A stretch of 61,797 bases of DNA, the filler included, from Dimargaris cristalligena (lineage: Eukaryota): assembly GCA_003614675.1 (NCBI GenBank). It is 3 parts of 3 records of this genome, joined end to end, with 100 filler letters (N's around TTAATTAATTAA, not from the genome) between each part and the next. Parts side by side here need not be neighbours in the genome. Positions count along the whole stretch, not along the records: positions 20,647 to 41,186 come from ML002695.1; 2 more parts are not named here. One strand, given 5' to 3'. The first letter of the stretch is position 1. The number at the start of each line of letters is the position of its first letter. The translations under genes were made by a program, and so were the position numbers. Positions 24,469-37,544 of this stretch are shown piece after piece. The notes under the pieces are model-generated. The model did no database searches, was not told the origin of the DNA, and worked only from the letters and a program-made list of their open reading frames with translations.

Positions 24469-25976
24469 ATGTCTTCCTCCGAAACCGATAAGAATGTCGA
24501 GCTATGGAAGATCAAGAAACTGATCAAGAGTCTGCAAATGGCCCGAGGGTAAATGCCAGAGCCAAGTGCGGCCTAAATCTATATCCGGTACTCTACCGCT
24601 TTCATCCGGCATTCATCTGGCCCTAATGTATCCGCACCCCCTAAGGCTGCCCCACCTACTCACCGCATGTTCGACCCATTTTCCTAACCCTCCACCGTCG
24701 CTTCCATATTCTATTTAATCCTGTCCCCGATACCCCCACTTCCGCTGATTCTCACTTTAGCAATGGTACTTCCATGATCTCGCTGGTCATCCCGCCCAAG
24801 GACCAGATCTCCCGGGTCGCTAAGATGTTGGCTGACGAATACGGTACCGCGTCCAATATCAAGAGTCGGGTGAACCGCCTGTCCGTCCTTTCCGCCATTA
24901 CCTCGGCTCAGCAAAAACTCAAATTGTACAACCGGGTTCCCGAAAACGGTCTGGTCGTATACTGTGGTACTATCATCACCGACGAGGGCAAGGAAAAGCG
25001 GGTGAGCATCGACTTCGAGCCCTTTAAGCCCATCAACACGTCCCTGTACCTGTGCGACAATAAGTTCCATACCGAGGCCCTGTCTGAACTCCTCGAGTCG
25101 GATTCCAAGTTCGGTTTTATCATTATGGACGGTAACGGTTCGCTCTTCGGTACCGTCTGCGGTAACACTCGGGATGTTATTCATAAGATGACGGTTGAGC
25201 TGCCCAAGAAGCACGGTCGTGGTGGTCAGTCCGCCCTTCGTTTCGCTCGGTTGCGCGAGGAAAAACGCCACAATTACGTGCGTAAGGTAGCCGAGCTGGC
25301 CGTCCAGTTCTACATTACCAACGATAAAGTCAACGTCACGGGCCTTATTTTGGCCGGTTCCGCCGATTTCAAGACTGAACTAGGTCAGTCCGATATGTTT
25401 GACCAGCGCCTACAGGCCAAGATTATCAAGACCGTCGATGTGTCCTACGGTGGTGAGAACGGGTTCAACCAGGCCATCGAGCTCAGCGCGGAGGCCCTGG
25501 TCAACGTCAAGTTCGTGCAGGAGAAGAAACTCATTCAGCAATACTTTGACGAGATCTCACTGGATACTGGCAAGTACTGCTTCGGTGTGGACGATACCCT
25601 CAAGGGCTTAGAAATGGGCGCCATTGAGACCCTCATCGTTTGGGAAAATCTGGATATCAACCGGATCATCATGAAATCGTCGACGGGCGAGGAGATTGTG
25701 AAGCACCTGACCAAGGTCCAGGAGAAGAACCGCGAGGAATTCCTCGACAAGGATACCGGTGCCGAGATGGAGGTGATTTCCACCATGCCTATGCTCGAGT
25801 GGCTGGCCGAAAAGTACAAGGACTTTGGTGCCAACCTCGAATTCATCACTAACCGCTCGTCCGAGGGCGCTCAGTTCGTCCGGGGTTTCGGTGGTATCGG
25901 TGGGCTTCTGCGTTACAAGGTCGACTTCTCGCAGCTGGTCTTCGACGAAGACGACGAAGACTTCTGGGAAGATTAA
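24469..25976 (+). CDS. SUP45: Eukaryotic peptide chain release factor 1 (eRF1), 2 exons, 431 aa
   Basis: Exon 24469-24548 ([27 protein letters not shown]) + 24761-25976; GTS, TASNIKS, YLCDNKF and GRGGQS motifs all canonical. Confidence 0.97.
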
Positions 25977-26735
25977 GTATTTGACTTGGCTGGGCACGCC
26001 GCCTCTTTCCCATAAGCACTGGTTGGCCCAACCATGACAACGTGCCACCTGTCTAGTTTCTCTTTATATTCTATTTTTTTACTCATCTTCCATGTCGGTG
26101 TGGTTTCGACATTCGTGTGTATCACGCACCGTTTCCATTGCACTTTCGGTGCGATAGTCGATCTATATTGTGCATTTGATTTCCATTAGCCGGTTGGTTT
26201 TGGATTTTCGGTATTAACTTCCCATATTCATTGTCATTGTTATTAAAATTGAAAGGATGTTGATACCAATGGCAGAATGAACCTCCCTAACTCCTCATTC
26301 AAATTGGCAACAACGACAGCAAATGCCTTAGTCGAGTCTATACATTAGTCGGTATTTCGGATTACCGGGAGATGCCTTGTATTGCTAAAGTGAACCTAGG
26401 GCGGTGCCCTTTTTATGGGCCGTTTGCCGATACGCAGTGCTGGATCTCGGCCAATTACATGCCTTTATTCAGTCCGACCAATGGTTGAGCCACATTACTG
26501 TACGGTAGTAGTACTCTAGCCCTAATTTGGGGCAGAGTATAGTTGTAGAGCTATTCTCACAATACACATCGCATAATTGGCAGGGTTGAGATTTCCTGTT
26601 TGCCAGCATCATTTTCAAGTATCTATCGCAGCCGCCCCTAGCTTCCCATAATAATCAACTAAAGCAATGATAGAAATCCAATCAAGGTATACCGGTTTAT
26701 TGTCCCATATAGCCTAGCCCACGAGTACCTTTGAT

Positions 26736-29390
26736 TTACGACTCAAAGACCTCGGGATAGGACGTCTGGATAATGGTGGCGACATCTTTCATAAACTGGA
26801 CTGGTTCGGGATGGCCCTTCGCCAAAGCCATCAAGGATTTAACTTGACGGGCGTCCATGAGCATTCCGAATTTCCCCCAGTCTCGCACCAACTGGAGCAG
26901 GTCGGCCCACTGTTGGTCAGCCGCTAGGATGGCCGCAAACTGGACCAGATTGGCGGTCCCCAGGTTCCACTGGGACCGGTCCCGGGTCAATAATGCCGCC
27001 ATGTTGAGCTGGGCGGTCTGGACCAAATTGGCCCTCTGACAGCAGGCGAGGAACACCTTGAAGGAAATGGGATTTGGGACCACCCCCAGACTGTTCATGA
27101 CATTCCAGATTTGGAGCACCCGCTCCGTGTCCTTAATCTCTTCCGCGCAAATCATGAGGTAATTGCACACACTGACATTGGGTAGCAGCCGCTCGGTAGG
27201 GAGCGACAACTGTGATGGCGACATGGTCTGCGAAGGCCCCTCCTGGTCGGCGAGATGATGTGGGTCGGACTTATGGTGATACTGCCGCAACATAGCCTCC
27301 CAGGCTTGCCAGGCGCGATTGAATTGGTCACCCCGGCACATGATGGGAATGATAAGTTGGTAAGTAGTCGACGTCGGCTGAACGGCGAGACTCTGTAGCT
27401 CACGGTAGAGACCCCAGACCTGCTCGGCTAGTGTCGAGGCGGTCGGCGCATTATGGGGGCCACTCCCACTGGATGTAGAGGAGTGGGAATTCTCGGGCCG
27501 GTGGCGGCTGAGGGCGGCAATCGTATACTCAAAGGTCTTGGCCGTGGGGCGGAGGCCCAGGGCGATCAAATCCCGGTAGAGCTCCAGGGCTAGTTTAGAC
27601 CGGCCGAGTCGGCCACAGTGTAGAAGTATGGTGTTGTAGAGTGGCAGTTCGGGGGCCACCTGGATGGTTTCACGCATGATCATCAACAGCCGCCGGGCCC
27701 CATCCAGGTTACCGTCCCGAGCCACCCCCGTGATCAGCATCGAATAGGTCGCCTGATTGGGGGTGATGTCCTGGGCTATCATCTCGTCGTACAAGCCCAT
27801 GGCAGGTGAGAGCTGGCCCGTATGGATAAAGGCGTCGATTAAGGCATTGTAAAAGTAGCTGGTGGCTGGAATACCGTGGGTTTTCATGTACTTCAATAAG
27901 CGCAGGCCCTGGCCGAAATCCCGCCGCTTCAGCAGACTGTACAATAGGGTCGTAAAAGTTTGCGGCTGGATGGGTACCTTTTCTTGGGTCATGAGGGTCA
28001 GTAAACGGAACGGCTCCAAATCCAGAGTGCTTAAGACGGTCTTGCTTGGATACACCCCAGCCCGCAGCATTTGAATAAAGAGAGTTTCAATCTGGGCGTC
28101 AGTGAGGGTGACCCGGGTCTTCAGGAACAGCGTACTCCACAGATGCACAACGGCTACCTCGTCGGCACGATTGCGCATTTCGCCAATCTGACTCATGTAT
28201 TTCTGGGCCAGGCGGGTGTCGCCGATACGAAGATAGGCTTCGGCGAGGCAGGCCAGGATCACTGGGGTGGGCGATAAACCCTCCTGGTTCACCATTTCTT
28301 CGAAATAGGATATAGCGAGCGACAAGCGGTTGGCCATGGTGCAGGACCGAATCACCATAAAATAGGCCAGTTGGTCCGGTTTGATATCCCGCTCCACCAT
28401 GCTCGCGAACAGCCGAGTCACCCGGTTCGCCTTCGTGGGGTCTAAATGGTAGAACCCGTTCATCAATACGGTATAAATAATGACGTCGGCGCTTAATCCC
28501 CATAGAAGCATGCGGTTCAGGAGCTGCTCGGCCAACGAGGGGTGTCTTCGGGATGCCAAGGCCCGGATCATGATAGTGAATGTGGTCGCCGTGGGTCGGA
28601 ATGGGTTCGCTGGCTCGGCGGTTGCACTATCAGCGGTGGAGGGTTCGGCTGATGGCGACTGGGACTTCTCGATCACCGAATCCCACCATTGGCCTCGGAG
28701 TCGGGGCCATTCCTGGGCCAGGTCTGGGTGTGCTCGTTCGGCTCGCTCCATAACGGTGGCGAATAGCTGCTGTTGGTGGCTTAGAACAAGCGCAGTACGG
28801 GGGGCCAAGGTTTGTAAAGCCCCCAGAACGTAATTATAGTCGGCTATGGTTAGGTCCTTCTTTTGCTGGTCGGTAAGGCCGTCGTAGATATCCCAAGCCA
28901 AACTCGCTTCTTCGGGCTTGAGGTGATGGAAAGGGGAGTTGGTCGGTAAAAGGGCTGAAGTCGCCGCTGGGGTCTGCGCCTCACCCACCTCACTGTCGAT
29001 CTGCTGGCTAAGGTCGTGTTGTGTATCGTCCGGGTTCCCGGTTTCCTCTTGCGCCTTGGGCGCCTGGGGTAAATCCCTGAATTCTTCCGCAATGGGCACT
29101 AAACGATCAGACTGGGTCGACGATTCGGCCGAGAGACTCTCTGACGACTCATTTTCCGACTGGGTTATCGTGTTGGTAGAACTCGAGGCCGAAGGGTGGG
29201 GTTCGGTTTTAAGGCCTCGCGTCGTACTCAGTGGTGGCCGATGGGTGGGGATTGCCCGGGCTGCCTTCGATCCCAGAAACAGGGCATTTTCCCCAATGGG
29301 TAGAGGGGCCGACAGGTGGTAATGCCGAGTAGAATTACCGGAGAATCGGCCGAATCGATTCAAGGAATTTAGCAATATGTTTCGGGGCAT
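26736..29390 (-). CDS. Pentatricopeptide-repeat (PPR) protein, probably mitochondrial, 884 aa
   Basis: Tandem ~35-aa PPR motifs (e.g. FYNALIDAFIHTGQLSPAMGLYDEMIAQDITPNQATYSMLI); Arg/Ser-rich, acid-poor presequence-like N-terminus. Confidence 0.9.
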   Translation of the reverse strand: MPRNILLNSLNRFGRFSGNSTRHYHLSAPLPIGENALFLGSKAARAIPTHRPPLSTTRGLKTEPHPSASSSTNTITQSENESSESLSAESSTQSDRLVPIAEEFRDLPQAPKAQEETGNPDDTQHDLSQQIDSEVGEAQTPAATSALLPTNSPFHHLKPEEASLAWDIYDGLTDQQKKDLTIADYNYVLGALQTLAPRTALVLSHQQQLFATVMERAERAHPDLAQEWPRLRGQWWDSVIEKSQSPSAEPSTADSATAEPANPFRPTATTFTIMIRALASRRHPSLAEQLLNRMLLWGLSADVIIYTVLMNGFYHLDPTKANRVTRLFASMVERDIKPDQLAYFMVIRSCTMANRLSLAISYFEEMVNQEGLSPTPVILACLAEAYLRIGDTRLAQKYMSQIGEMRNRADEVAVVHLWSTLFLKTRVTLTDAQIETLFIQMLRAGVYPSKTVLSTLDLEPFRLLTLMTQEKVPIQPQTFTTLLYSLLKRRDFGQGLRLLKYMKTHGIPATSYFYNALIDAFIHTGQLSPAMGLYDEMIAQDITPNQATYSMLITGVARDGNLDGARRLLMIMRETIQVAPELPLYNTILLHCGRLGRSKLALELYRDLIALGLRPTAKTFEYTIAALSRHRPENSHSSTSSGSGPHNAPTASTLAEQVWGLYRELQSLAVQPTSTTYQLIIPIMCRGDQFNRAWQAWEAMLRQYHHKSDPHHLADQEGPSQTMSPSQLSLPTERLLPNVSVCNYLMICAEEIKDTERVLQIWNVMNSLGVVPNPISFKVFLACCQRANLVQTAQLNMAALLTRDRSQWNLGTANLVQFAAILAADQQWADLLQLVRDWGKFGMLMDARQVKSLMALAKGHPEPVQFMKDVATIIQTSYPEVFES

Positions 29391-29995
29391 GGTGATCTAA
29401 TTAAAAAAATACTAGGCGCTACTTTAGGCAAAGGCTGGCCATAAAATTGCCCTAAAATTTCTTGGGGGAATGGTTAAAGTGGTGTGGATCGTCAAACAAA
29501 AAAAAAAAAGGAAAAGAATCTAGGCACTTCTACCCTAACGACTACGGCTGAGCCTATTGTGGGTCTCTATTACTTACAAAAACCACCAATCTTCAACCTG
29601 GTCAAATGGTTATGTATCTTAAGTGTTACATTCTACTCCGTAAATTATTAATGGGCTAGGCATATCAGACGGAGTGGACCGCCCAGATAACAGCGTGGCA
29701 TTTCATGGTTATTTAGATAAGTTACCCCAAACATGTAACAGCACTATTGATCATCCAAGTGTATTAAATCTATTGTGGGTTCGGGAATATATATATATAT
29801 TGGTAGGAAAATAATCAAAAGAGACAAAGGGTCCATCACAAACAACGATCATTTAACATTCTAGACTTCGAAGGCATGGTGAACTGAAATCAGACACAGC
29901 AAGTGGGCCGCGTATGCTACAAAATACCTTTAAAAATAATCAAATAAAACAGTGGACCGGGTCTATCCATAGCCAGACCTCATTTCCGAGCCAAG

Positions 29996-31288
29996 TTAGG
30001 CTGACTTCTTAGTGTCCACAAAACGGGATCGCAAAGCCCGGATCATCTTGGTGAACCAAATAATATTGAGGATATTCAATGAAACCAAAGACAAGACGAT
30101 GCTAATCGAAAGGTACAGTGGGATTCTATCCATGTTGAAGTACACGGAAACTGTTGGGTTTTGGGGTCAAGGTAAACGAGGTAGGAAAGGGTTAGACACG
30201 CGCATATTCTATTGACGGCACTTGTGGACCGGTTGATCTTCCCGGTAATATATGACCAATGTGTAAGGTAAATATAATGGATTGGACTTACGGTAGAGCT
30301 TCACGCACCAGTACATGCCATAGGACAGCCGCGAAAAGAAGAAGGTGGAGAGAAGGGCAATGCCGTTCACCAGCTGGAGTTTGCTACCTGTCAGCCCCAG
30401 TTTGTCCATAAACCAGTGGAGGTTAAGGAATGGGGTGCTCATTTCATTGAGGACCAGGATTGGGGAGTAGTAGTTGAACAATGGGCGCTACAGGTGCGGA
30501 AGATTAAGAGTGTAATAACACATTCCTTGGGCCAAAGTGTGAGCCAACGTGGGAAATCCAAGTGAGTGTGAGGTCGAGTTTTGGTAAATATTGTAAATAG
30601 GTATGGCTCGGATTGAGCAGTGCCATTAATTATCCGGTATAACAAATTCATGTTGGGGAGTAATGGTGGCTCACTTACGAAGACAACTATGCCGAGGTAG
30701 AGGCCAATTATGCCGTGCAATACGAAGCCCGGTCCCCAGATTTTAACGTAGCGCACATTGATATAGACATCCCATACAAAATATCTTTGGTATGGAGCGA
30801 AGACGTTAATGTGTAGGGGGGATTTAGATAGAAATAGATTGATGGGTATGCATGATTAAGATTAGCAAGGAACCAGATAAGTATCGGCTAAGCCGGCTAA
30901 GCAAGCGCAGTCTGTCCAGCCAAGCTAAACACCAGGGGAATGGGTGTGTATGTATTATATCTTACCCTAGAGTAATGGCCAAGTATTGGCTGGCCTCATA
31001 CAAATAACCGAACACCGGGTCTTTGGCTAGCTCAGGGTCATTGATCCAGGGGATACAAAGTGCAGTGGCGAGAACAGCATGGACCAAGGCGACCACCCGG
31101 CTATGCCAATTGATTTTCTGAATAGGCTTGAACGCAGCAAACGTCTGCGGGAACACCAGCGGCGAAAGTCGGACCGAAGCCTCGTAAAGGGCAAACCAAA
31201 AGACAGTCGACGCGACGAATAGGGGCAAGTGTTCGGTCAATTTGGAAGACCCGATACTTCGGGCCAAAAAGTCAACCACAGCCTGCAT
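29996..31288 (-). CDS. TLC-domain membrane protein (TLCD4/TMEM56, Tda4-like), 4 exons, 259 aa
   Basis: Exons 31288-30966, 30784-30679, 30487-30292, 30150-29996; motifs WHSRVVALVHA, GYFVWD, GFVLHG, EMSTPFLNLHWFMDK, FFFSR, LNIIWFTKMI. Confidence 0.9.
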
Positions 31289-33042
31289 GGTCCGCTGGAA
31301 TGGGTCGGGGTGAGAGGGGGGAACGAATGCGACAATGGCTAGATGGGAGAAGAGGGGGAGTACTCCAAGTCAAGCGGGCGGCCTAGATGAGAGAGGGCTG
31401 GGAAGTAAAGGTATTATGGAGCTCTATCTTTGGATACTACGGTTGGCCAATAAGGAGAACTCCGGGATAGTACGGGTGGTGAACAAACCTAGTAGACTAA
31501 CAAGGCTTACTTTAGGCAAAATAAACTAAACTTGACTTAAAGAGGGATATGTTTGGATAATATAGCTAAACTGAGAGTAAACACCACCATATAAAAGGTG
31601 GTGAACGACAGATGTTATTCGATTTAAATCGATTAACAAGGCTCCTCCTCCACATTGTATTTATACAGGCAACTCTGGTCCTCTCCTCAGGTGATGTGAG
31701 GTGTGGGGGTCTTGTGCCCAACATAGCCCAGCGCTTGGTTGGATTGGGCTTCTTCCCATATCACCACCACCCGCTCTTTTAAAAACCATAGTATATAGGT
31801 GGGTTTGGTGTCACTGTAGTTTCCCCCCATTAAACACTATGGGGGGCGCAGGAGGAGCCTGTGGCAATCCCGCCGATAATCACCAGGTCTAAAATAGCCA
31901 ATGCGGGGGAACCACCACCACTATTCATAAAAAGGCCCCCTAACATAGTGTGCCCGCATCCCCCTCCCTTCATCCACGCATGGCGGCGTACTATTTAACC
32001 ACCATTCAACGACTTGCTGCTTTTATAAGGTATCCACTATGGCACCTGCCATTTCGGCCCCTACAGCTACCCCAGTTGAGGTCCGGCGGGCTTCAACACT
32101 CGGTCGGGACTAGGCGAGGATGTTGGCCGCTACCCGTTCAGTTTAAAATAAAAGAACCAGATCCTTACGTTGCGCACCAAAGGAAGGTAGAGTGAGTTGG
32201 GCCGGTTGTTGACATGTCCTGTCCACCAAGCTGGTCAGAGAGGGCAGCGTATTGACTGTGCTGCACTCACCCTGATCAGAAATTGTACACCCTTGCACAA
32301 TTGTGGCCAAAGTAGTAGTAGAGCCCCATGACCCACGCCAACAGCAACCCCTTGATTCGCCCTGAAACACCCCACAGACCCTTCTTCTCAAGTGATCTGG
32401 CCAAATGTAGTGCTGGACAAATACTCCTCCAAGATAGTCTACATGTCGCCCTTGAAAGTTTTAAAGTGGTAAGTATAAAACGGTACGACCTGGCCTAAAA
32501 AGGATCGAGTCTCGTGAAAACCCCCCTTAGAGCCATAAAAAACTCTCGGTAGGTCGGATGTTACGTGTTGGGGCTACTGGGGCTTTGTGTCACCACTCTC
32601 TTTGCTGGGGACCATGGTGGGCGTTACTATGGATTCGGCCGGGATTGGTATTCTCCATGACGCACTCTCTATAAAATCGCATTTTATTTATAACGTAGGA
32701 GGCACCAATCCATTGCACTAGAACGGGTGAATTTTATAATTACTATATTGGTGGGGGGGGGGAATACAGCTGTACTATTTGCTATACCGCCCCCTATACA
32801 ACTAAATACGGGAAAGTAATTGAAAACTATATATTTCGTCTGGCCATTTAGGACTATTGATACCAAAAATCCGACAATTAAATATACCATGGCTAAACGG
32901 AATACATTTAGTTGACATTATAGGGTGTTAAAATTAACGTGTATAACCCAAGACATTTAAATAAAGAACATATGGGAGAGATTCGACCCAACGGCGCCGT
33001 AAAATTATTTCGGGCACATGAGATTGCTCACTATTCGTAAAA

Positions 33043-33057
33043 ATCACGTGTCACGTG
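33043..33057. promoter_or_regulatory. Tandem RTCACGTG E-box pair (bHLH site, Cbf1/USF-type)
   Basis: ATCACGTGTCACGTG in a long intergenic region. Confidence 0.35.
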
Positions 33058-34610
33058 CCATGTATAATGTAAAAGTATAGTAGTTAAAGGTTTTACGTAA
33101 GAAGACTGCTTTCAACTGGTGGGCACGGAAGCAACGAACTCGAGAAGGACAGAGGAACGGGACTAGTACGCAAGTAATTAAGTGCCAACGTAGTCGATGG
33201 TTTATATTTTACTGGATAGCTGTACTAACATCTAGTTATAACTATAAACTTGGGCCATGCTACCCAAGTCCCTGTCTAGATATTTTAGTTACTTAACCAG
33301 CCATTGAACTAAATAGACGAGAAGCGCCATACGGTTGCTATTCTGATGTGTATTCCTCAAATACATGTGTCGTGGTTTAATAAGTCGGCTTAATAGATAA
33401 ATGCGGGCCTTATTAATAGGCAGTGTAGCGCTGGGGTTAAAGTAATAATAATACTGATACATCACTTTTAGGGCGAGGGAAGAATTGGATGCTCTGGTTC
33501 TTAACTTATCCACTCTAAAACACCCCATATTTTTACTTTCTGGACTCCCTATTGGCAATTTCCTCAAAACTACCTCCACGTATATGATGACTAACGAGAA
33601 CCTACTTGAAGTACCGGCATGATTGGCATCATGCAGCAATTCGAGATATTGTTCTCGCTTTCTCGATACCCGACTGATCCGATCAACATGAAAATGATGG
33701 TTTGATGTCTACGGACAAACCGATTGATGTTCCCCTTTAGATTAAAATTATCCAGCAGTTGGGTCTTGAAACGACAGAGAAAGTCCGATATGTCGACATT
33801 TCAACAACACTATCGGTTCTGACTCCAAACTCCTCCATCGCCCAAATCGTGATCTACATTCCCGCTTCTCTTCCTCCTCTCCCTCCCCTCTACTTTGTCC
33901 CCCATCTTGCAAGTAGTGTGTCCAAAGCCGTTCGATTGGCATCAATTGCATTGTTTAGAGGAAATCATCCTATATACTAATAGCTGAGCGGCTTGTCTCC
34001 ACTTCGGAGGGCGGACTCTAATGTGAGACGGCGGTGAAGGGATTGAATTACCCTCTTTTCTCTCCATCTGAGCCGGATGACTAGCCATATCGGCGGCGAT
34101 CACTAGATGGTATTTGTGAAAATCCGTTCTTTCGCGTATTATTCGGATCCTCAGACCAAAAGAAGGGACATTATATCTGTTCCGTCAACTTATCCGCACT
34201 GATGTAATGCCTATACTCCTGGTACTCTAACGTTGAGAAGTGGGGGAGATGCGTTGGCTATGTTTCGGGACAATGGCTTATAATATTGGAAAGTAAAGGA
34301 GGGGGTGTAGTGAACATTGCCGGCATTACTCTTCGTAAGTGTCGAGCATCGCGTAGGAAAGAACAGACTCGCTTTTCGAGAGACCGAGACTGTAGATAGA
34401 GGTCAGATGGAGCACTGCCGTTCGCCCGGATTTTATATATAAGTGGGTAGACGGCTCCACTGTTACCCTTATCAAATCGTACTACTGTTCATACCTTGAC
34501 ATCTTACATAACCTTGACCATCTACATCATTTTACAGTGCTCCTTCTCTTAAATTATTTACTCCTACACAGTCATACATACCCTTCCGACTTTGTCTTAG
34601 CCCATTCAGT

Positions 34611-34883
34611 ATGCATAGCCCTATTTTGACCGCTCTCCTAATTTTTGCCGGGCGTCTGTACTCTGTAGCTGAGGCCTTTCCCGGCGTTACTCCTCCTAGT
34701 CTGGCCGGTCGCCAGCAAAGTAACACCCGCCCCCAGCCTACCAATACCCGTATCAACAATCGCCCTCAATCGCAAAATCGTGTCAAACCTGGATCCACCA
34801 AGCACCCAGTCGCTACTGGACCTGCCCATCTCGCATTCGTACGCCCTGGTGCTGCTCAGAACCCCAAAGCCTTAAGATTGTAA
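34611..34883 (+). CDS. Small putative secreted protein, 90 aa, no recognisable family
   Basis: TATATATAAG at ~34434, C/T-rich leader, ATG, signal-peptide-like MHSPILTALLIFAGRLYSVAEA, then basic P/Q/N/R-rich sequence. Confidence 0.6.
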   Translation: MHSPILTALLIFAGRLYSVAEAFPGVTPPSLAGRQQSNTRPQPTNTRINNRPQSQNRVKPGSTKHPVATGPAHLAFVRPGAAQNPKALRL

Positions 34884-36599
34884 TCCCCCACCTCTCCACC
34901 CCAGTGGATTGCATCGCCACCACATGTGAAGTACCAACTGGCTCGACTCGGGCTTCAACCGATCCGACCATGCGGTTGGAAACATCCCCACCCCCAAGTT
35001 CCGGGGAATTACTGGTGTGCCATGCAAATTAACATGAAAATAACAACGCCTGATGACTTCATTCGCATCTGCATCGGGTGGGGGTGATTAAGTGCAGCAT
35101 TCGTATTCCATTGGCATATTATGCGGTAACTTAGTTTCGTCCATCATCGCTCATCGATGCATTAAATTCGATCCCATTTGCGGACCATTATTTACCACCC
35201 ACTGGCTATATGAAATAAAATAAAGTCCGGGATATTCGGTTTTTTCAGCTAATTTAATGTAGCGTTTCTCGTATCAATGGAATTGGTGGGTCTCTTTAGT
35301 ACTTGAGATCTCTAAACAACCGGAGTTGGGGTTGGGCCTATAAACTCCCCAAACCAGTATTCAAAGTCGCCATTATTCTGAAAAGGTATATACAGCTGGA
35401 TTGTACGAACAATCGAATCAAAACGTATCAGTTTTTCATTGGGTTTTAGTGAATAAGTTTCAGCGAAAACAGATTGTCCATAGTGGGTCTTCTCTTTTTT
35501 TGGAAAGTGCTATCATTAAATAATAAAAACTCGGTTAGATTGTACTATGGCTTGCATCTTTGATATTAACTCGTGATTGAAGAGCCAAATCCAGGAAAAC
35601 ATGAAGTAGCCTTAGCGCCCCTCCCGAACTGTATTGGAATCGCTGAGGCGGGTACCTTGCTTACAGGCAAGGTGTTACTCGAAAGGACAGAAGAACTGGC
35701 TTCGGAGGGGGGGGGGTGCTGAATATTTTCGTTAATGAGATATGTAAGTGCGGAATGGGGAATCGGACTGTATCAATATCAATAAGAGTAACAAGATATC
35801 CTAGGAGGTTACCAGCAAGAACCAAGACCACGTAGAAGAAGGCCAAGAAGTTCTTCATCAGAACCTATTATGGTCTGCTCATCATTAGTGGCCTAATCTT
35901 GGACCAACCCATTGTTTCAGAGTTTCTAGTCGAGCGCTGTCATTCTACGCCAGATAAGTGGATAATACATGATAGGCTAGGGGTTTCCAGCAACCCGAAC
36001 CGATGCAATTTAATGGGCGTACTAGCATTAGCAATAGCCAAATCATTCGACATAGCCAGTGCGAGTCAGGGGAGTTTTTTTTTATATACTGTTGACGAAA
36101 TCGATTACAAATGTATATATGTGGTTCTGAATGCATGATGATAAAATTTATTTGGCCAAATTACTTTTCGTTATGCACTTGGGTTGAACCTCGCCTATAT
36201 ATAATATATATATTCATATTCTTAAGAAATAGACTGGCGACTAGTAGGACTCTATTCACCGAGAATATTTCTCCCCAAACATAACCTATTCCGTAATACA
36301 TCTTTTAATTAAAACAATTTCCCATCCACCAAAGGCCGGTGGGAACCAAGACGCGCGGTACTTCTGAAACAATCCACAGCCCTGCCCCAGTCCTGTGCTA
36401 CTGCTCCGTTGCCCCACTACCGCCCGCTTTCCTTTACGTTGGGTTAGAAGGTTCCGTTGCGTTTTTTCTCTGCATTTACTTAGTCAAACCCCTCTCAGTC
36501 CCAGGTTCTTCCTTTATTATAGTTTATTCTTCTTATTTGCATTCCAATACCTACGTGCCACCTTTCCCCACCCTACTTAGCGTACTGTTTTATACCCCA

Positions 36600-37205
36600 A
36601 TGGTTGCCCGCGTCGTTGTTCTCATTTCGGGCCACGGTTCCAACCTCCAGGCCATTCTCGATTCAGCCCAGTCCGGACGACTGGCTGGCCTGGTCGATGT
36701 TGTGGGTGTGGTGTCCAACCGGAAGCGCGCCTATGGGCTTGAGCGGGCCAAGAACAGCCAAGTCCCGGCCGAGGCCTTCACGCTGGCGGCTTTCCGGGAG
36801 CAAGGTCGCTCCCGCGAGGACTACGACGCAGCTCTGGCTGACCTCATTGCCACTAAATACCGACCCGATCTGGTGGTCCTGGCGGGGTGGATGCATATTC
36901 TGACCCCTAGCTTCCTGAGCCGGTTCCCCAACAAGGTCATTAACCTGCACCCGGCTCTCCCCGGCCAGTTCGATGGCGCGAGAGCCATTGAGCGGGCGTA
37001 CGAAGCCTCGCGTCAAGGGTTGATCGACCATACGGGTGTCATGGTGCACCACGTTATCCCAGAAGTAGACCAGGGCGCACCCATTGTAACCCGAACTGTC
37101 CCCATCTATCAGGTCGATACGGTTGAGACGCTGGAAGAGCGGATACACGCGGTTGAACATGATCTGTTGATTGACGGCATCATCCGGTTTCTAAACCGCC
37201 AGTAA
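36600..37205 (+). CDS. ADE8: Phosphoribosylglycinamide (GAR) formyltransferase, 201 aa
   Basis: Starts at MVARVVVLISGHGSNLQA; motifs LVVLAGWMHIL, INLHPALPGQFDG, GVMVHHVIPEVDQG. Confidence 0.96.
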   Translation: MVARVVVLISGHGSNLQAILDSAQSGRLAGLVDVVGVVSNRKRAYGLERAKNSQVPAEAFTLAAFREQGRSREDYDAALADLIATKYRPDLVVLAGWMHILTPSFLSRFPNKVINLHPALPGQFDGARAIERAYEASRQGLIDHTGVMVHHVIPEVDQGAPIVTRTVPIYQVDTVETLEERIHAVEHDLLIDGIIRFLNRQ

Positions 37206-37544
37206 GCCAATTGGGATGAATCCCATACGCTTTCAACAAAAGGAATATAGCTTACTAACTGGTACGTTCGCCTGCGAGTTGAATTACCACCCAGCCCCCA
37301 GGCAATGTTTATATGCGCATACACCTAATAAATGCGCATGGGCGATGTTTTATCTTCAATGCACTATTGGACTGAGGCTCCGCATTATCGTTAGTGATCC
37401 GGTATTATTAATTATATAAATCAGAATAATCTATTTCAAACTTGCAAAAAGCTAATTCAGTTCAGTCAGCCCGCCTAACCGGGTGTCGATTAGGGGGTGG
37501 GGGATACGGATTCCAAATGGTACTGATAATAGTGTTGATATACA

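Noticed and set aside
24711-26048. Long antisense ORFs over eRF1 (also over DNAJC3, PRE3, ADE8 and the KH-like gene)
   Set aside because: Expected by-product of C/T-ending codon bias in GC-rich coding sequence.
25974-26300. eRF1 readthrough / 3'UTR-intron autoregulation as in Neurospora and plants
   Set aside because: Stop is TAA-G, the in-frame extension is only 12 codons, and I see no convincing 3'UTR intron.
32328-32474. Short ATG-initiated frame ending at a GTAAGT donor
   Set aside because: No matching downstream exon or recognisable product could be built.
33043-33200. Point-centromere CDEI-like element
   Set aside because: No very AT-rich CDEII or CDEIII follows; treated only as a possible bHLH site.
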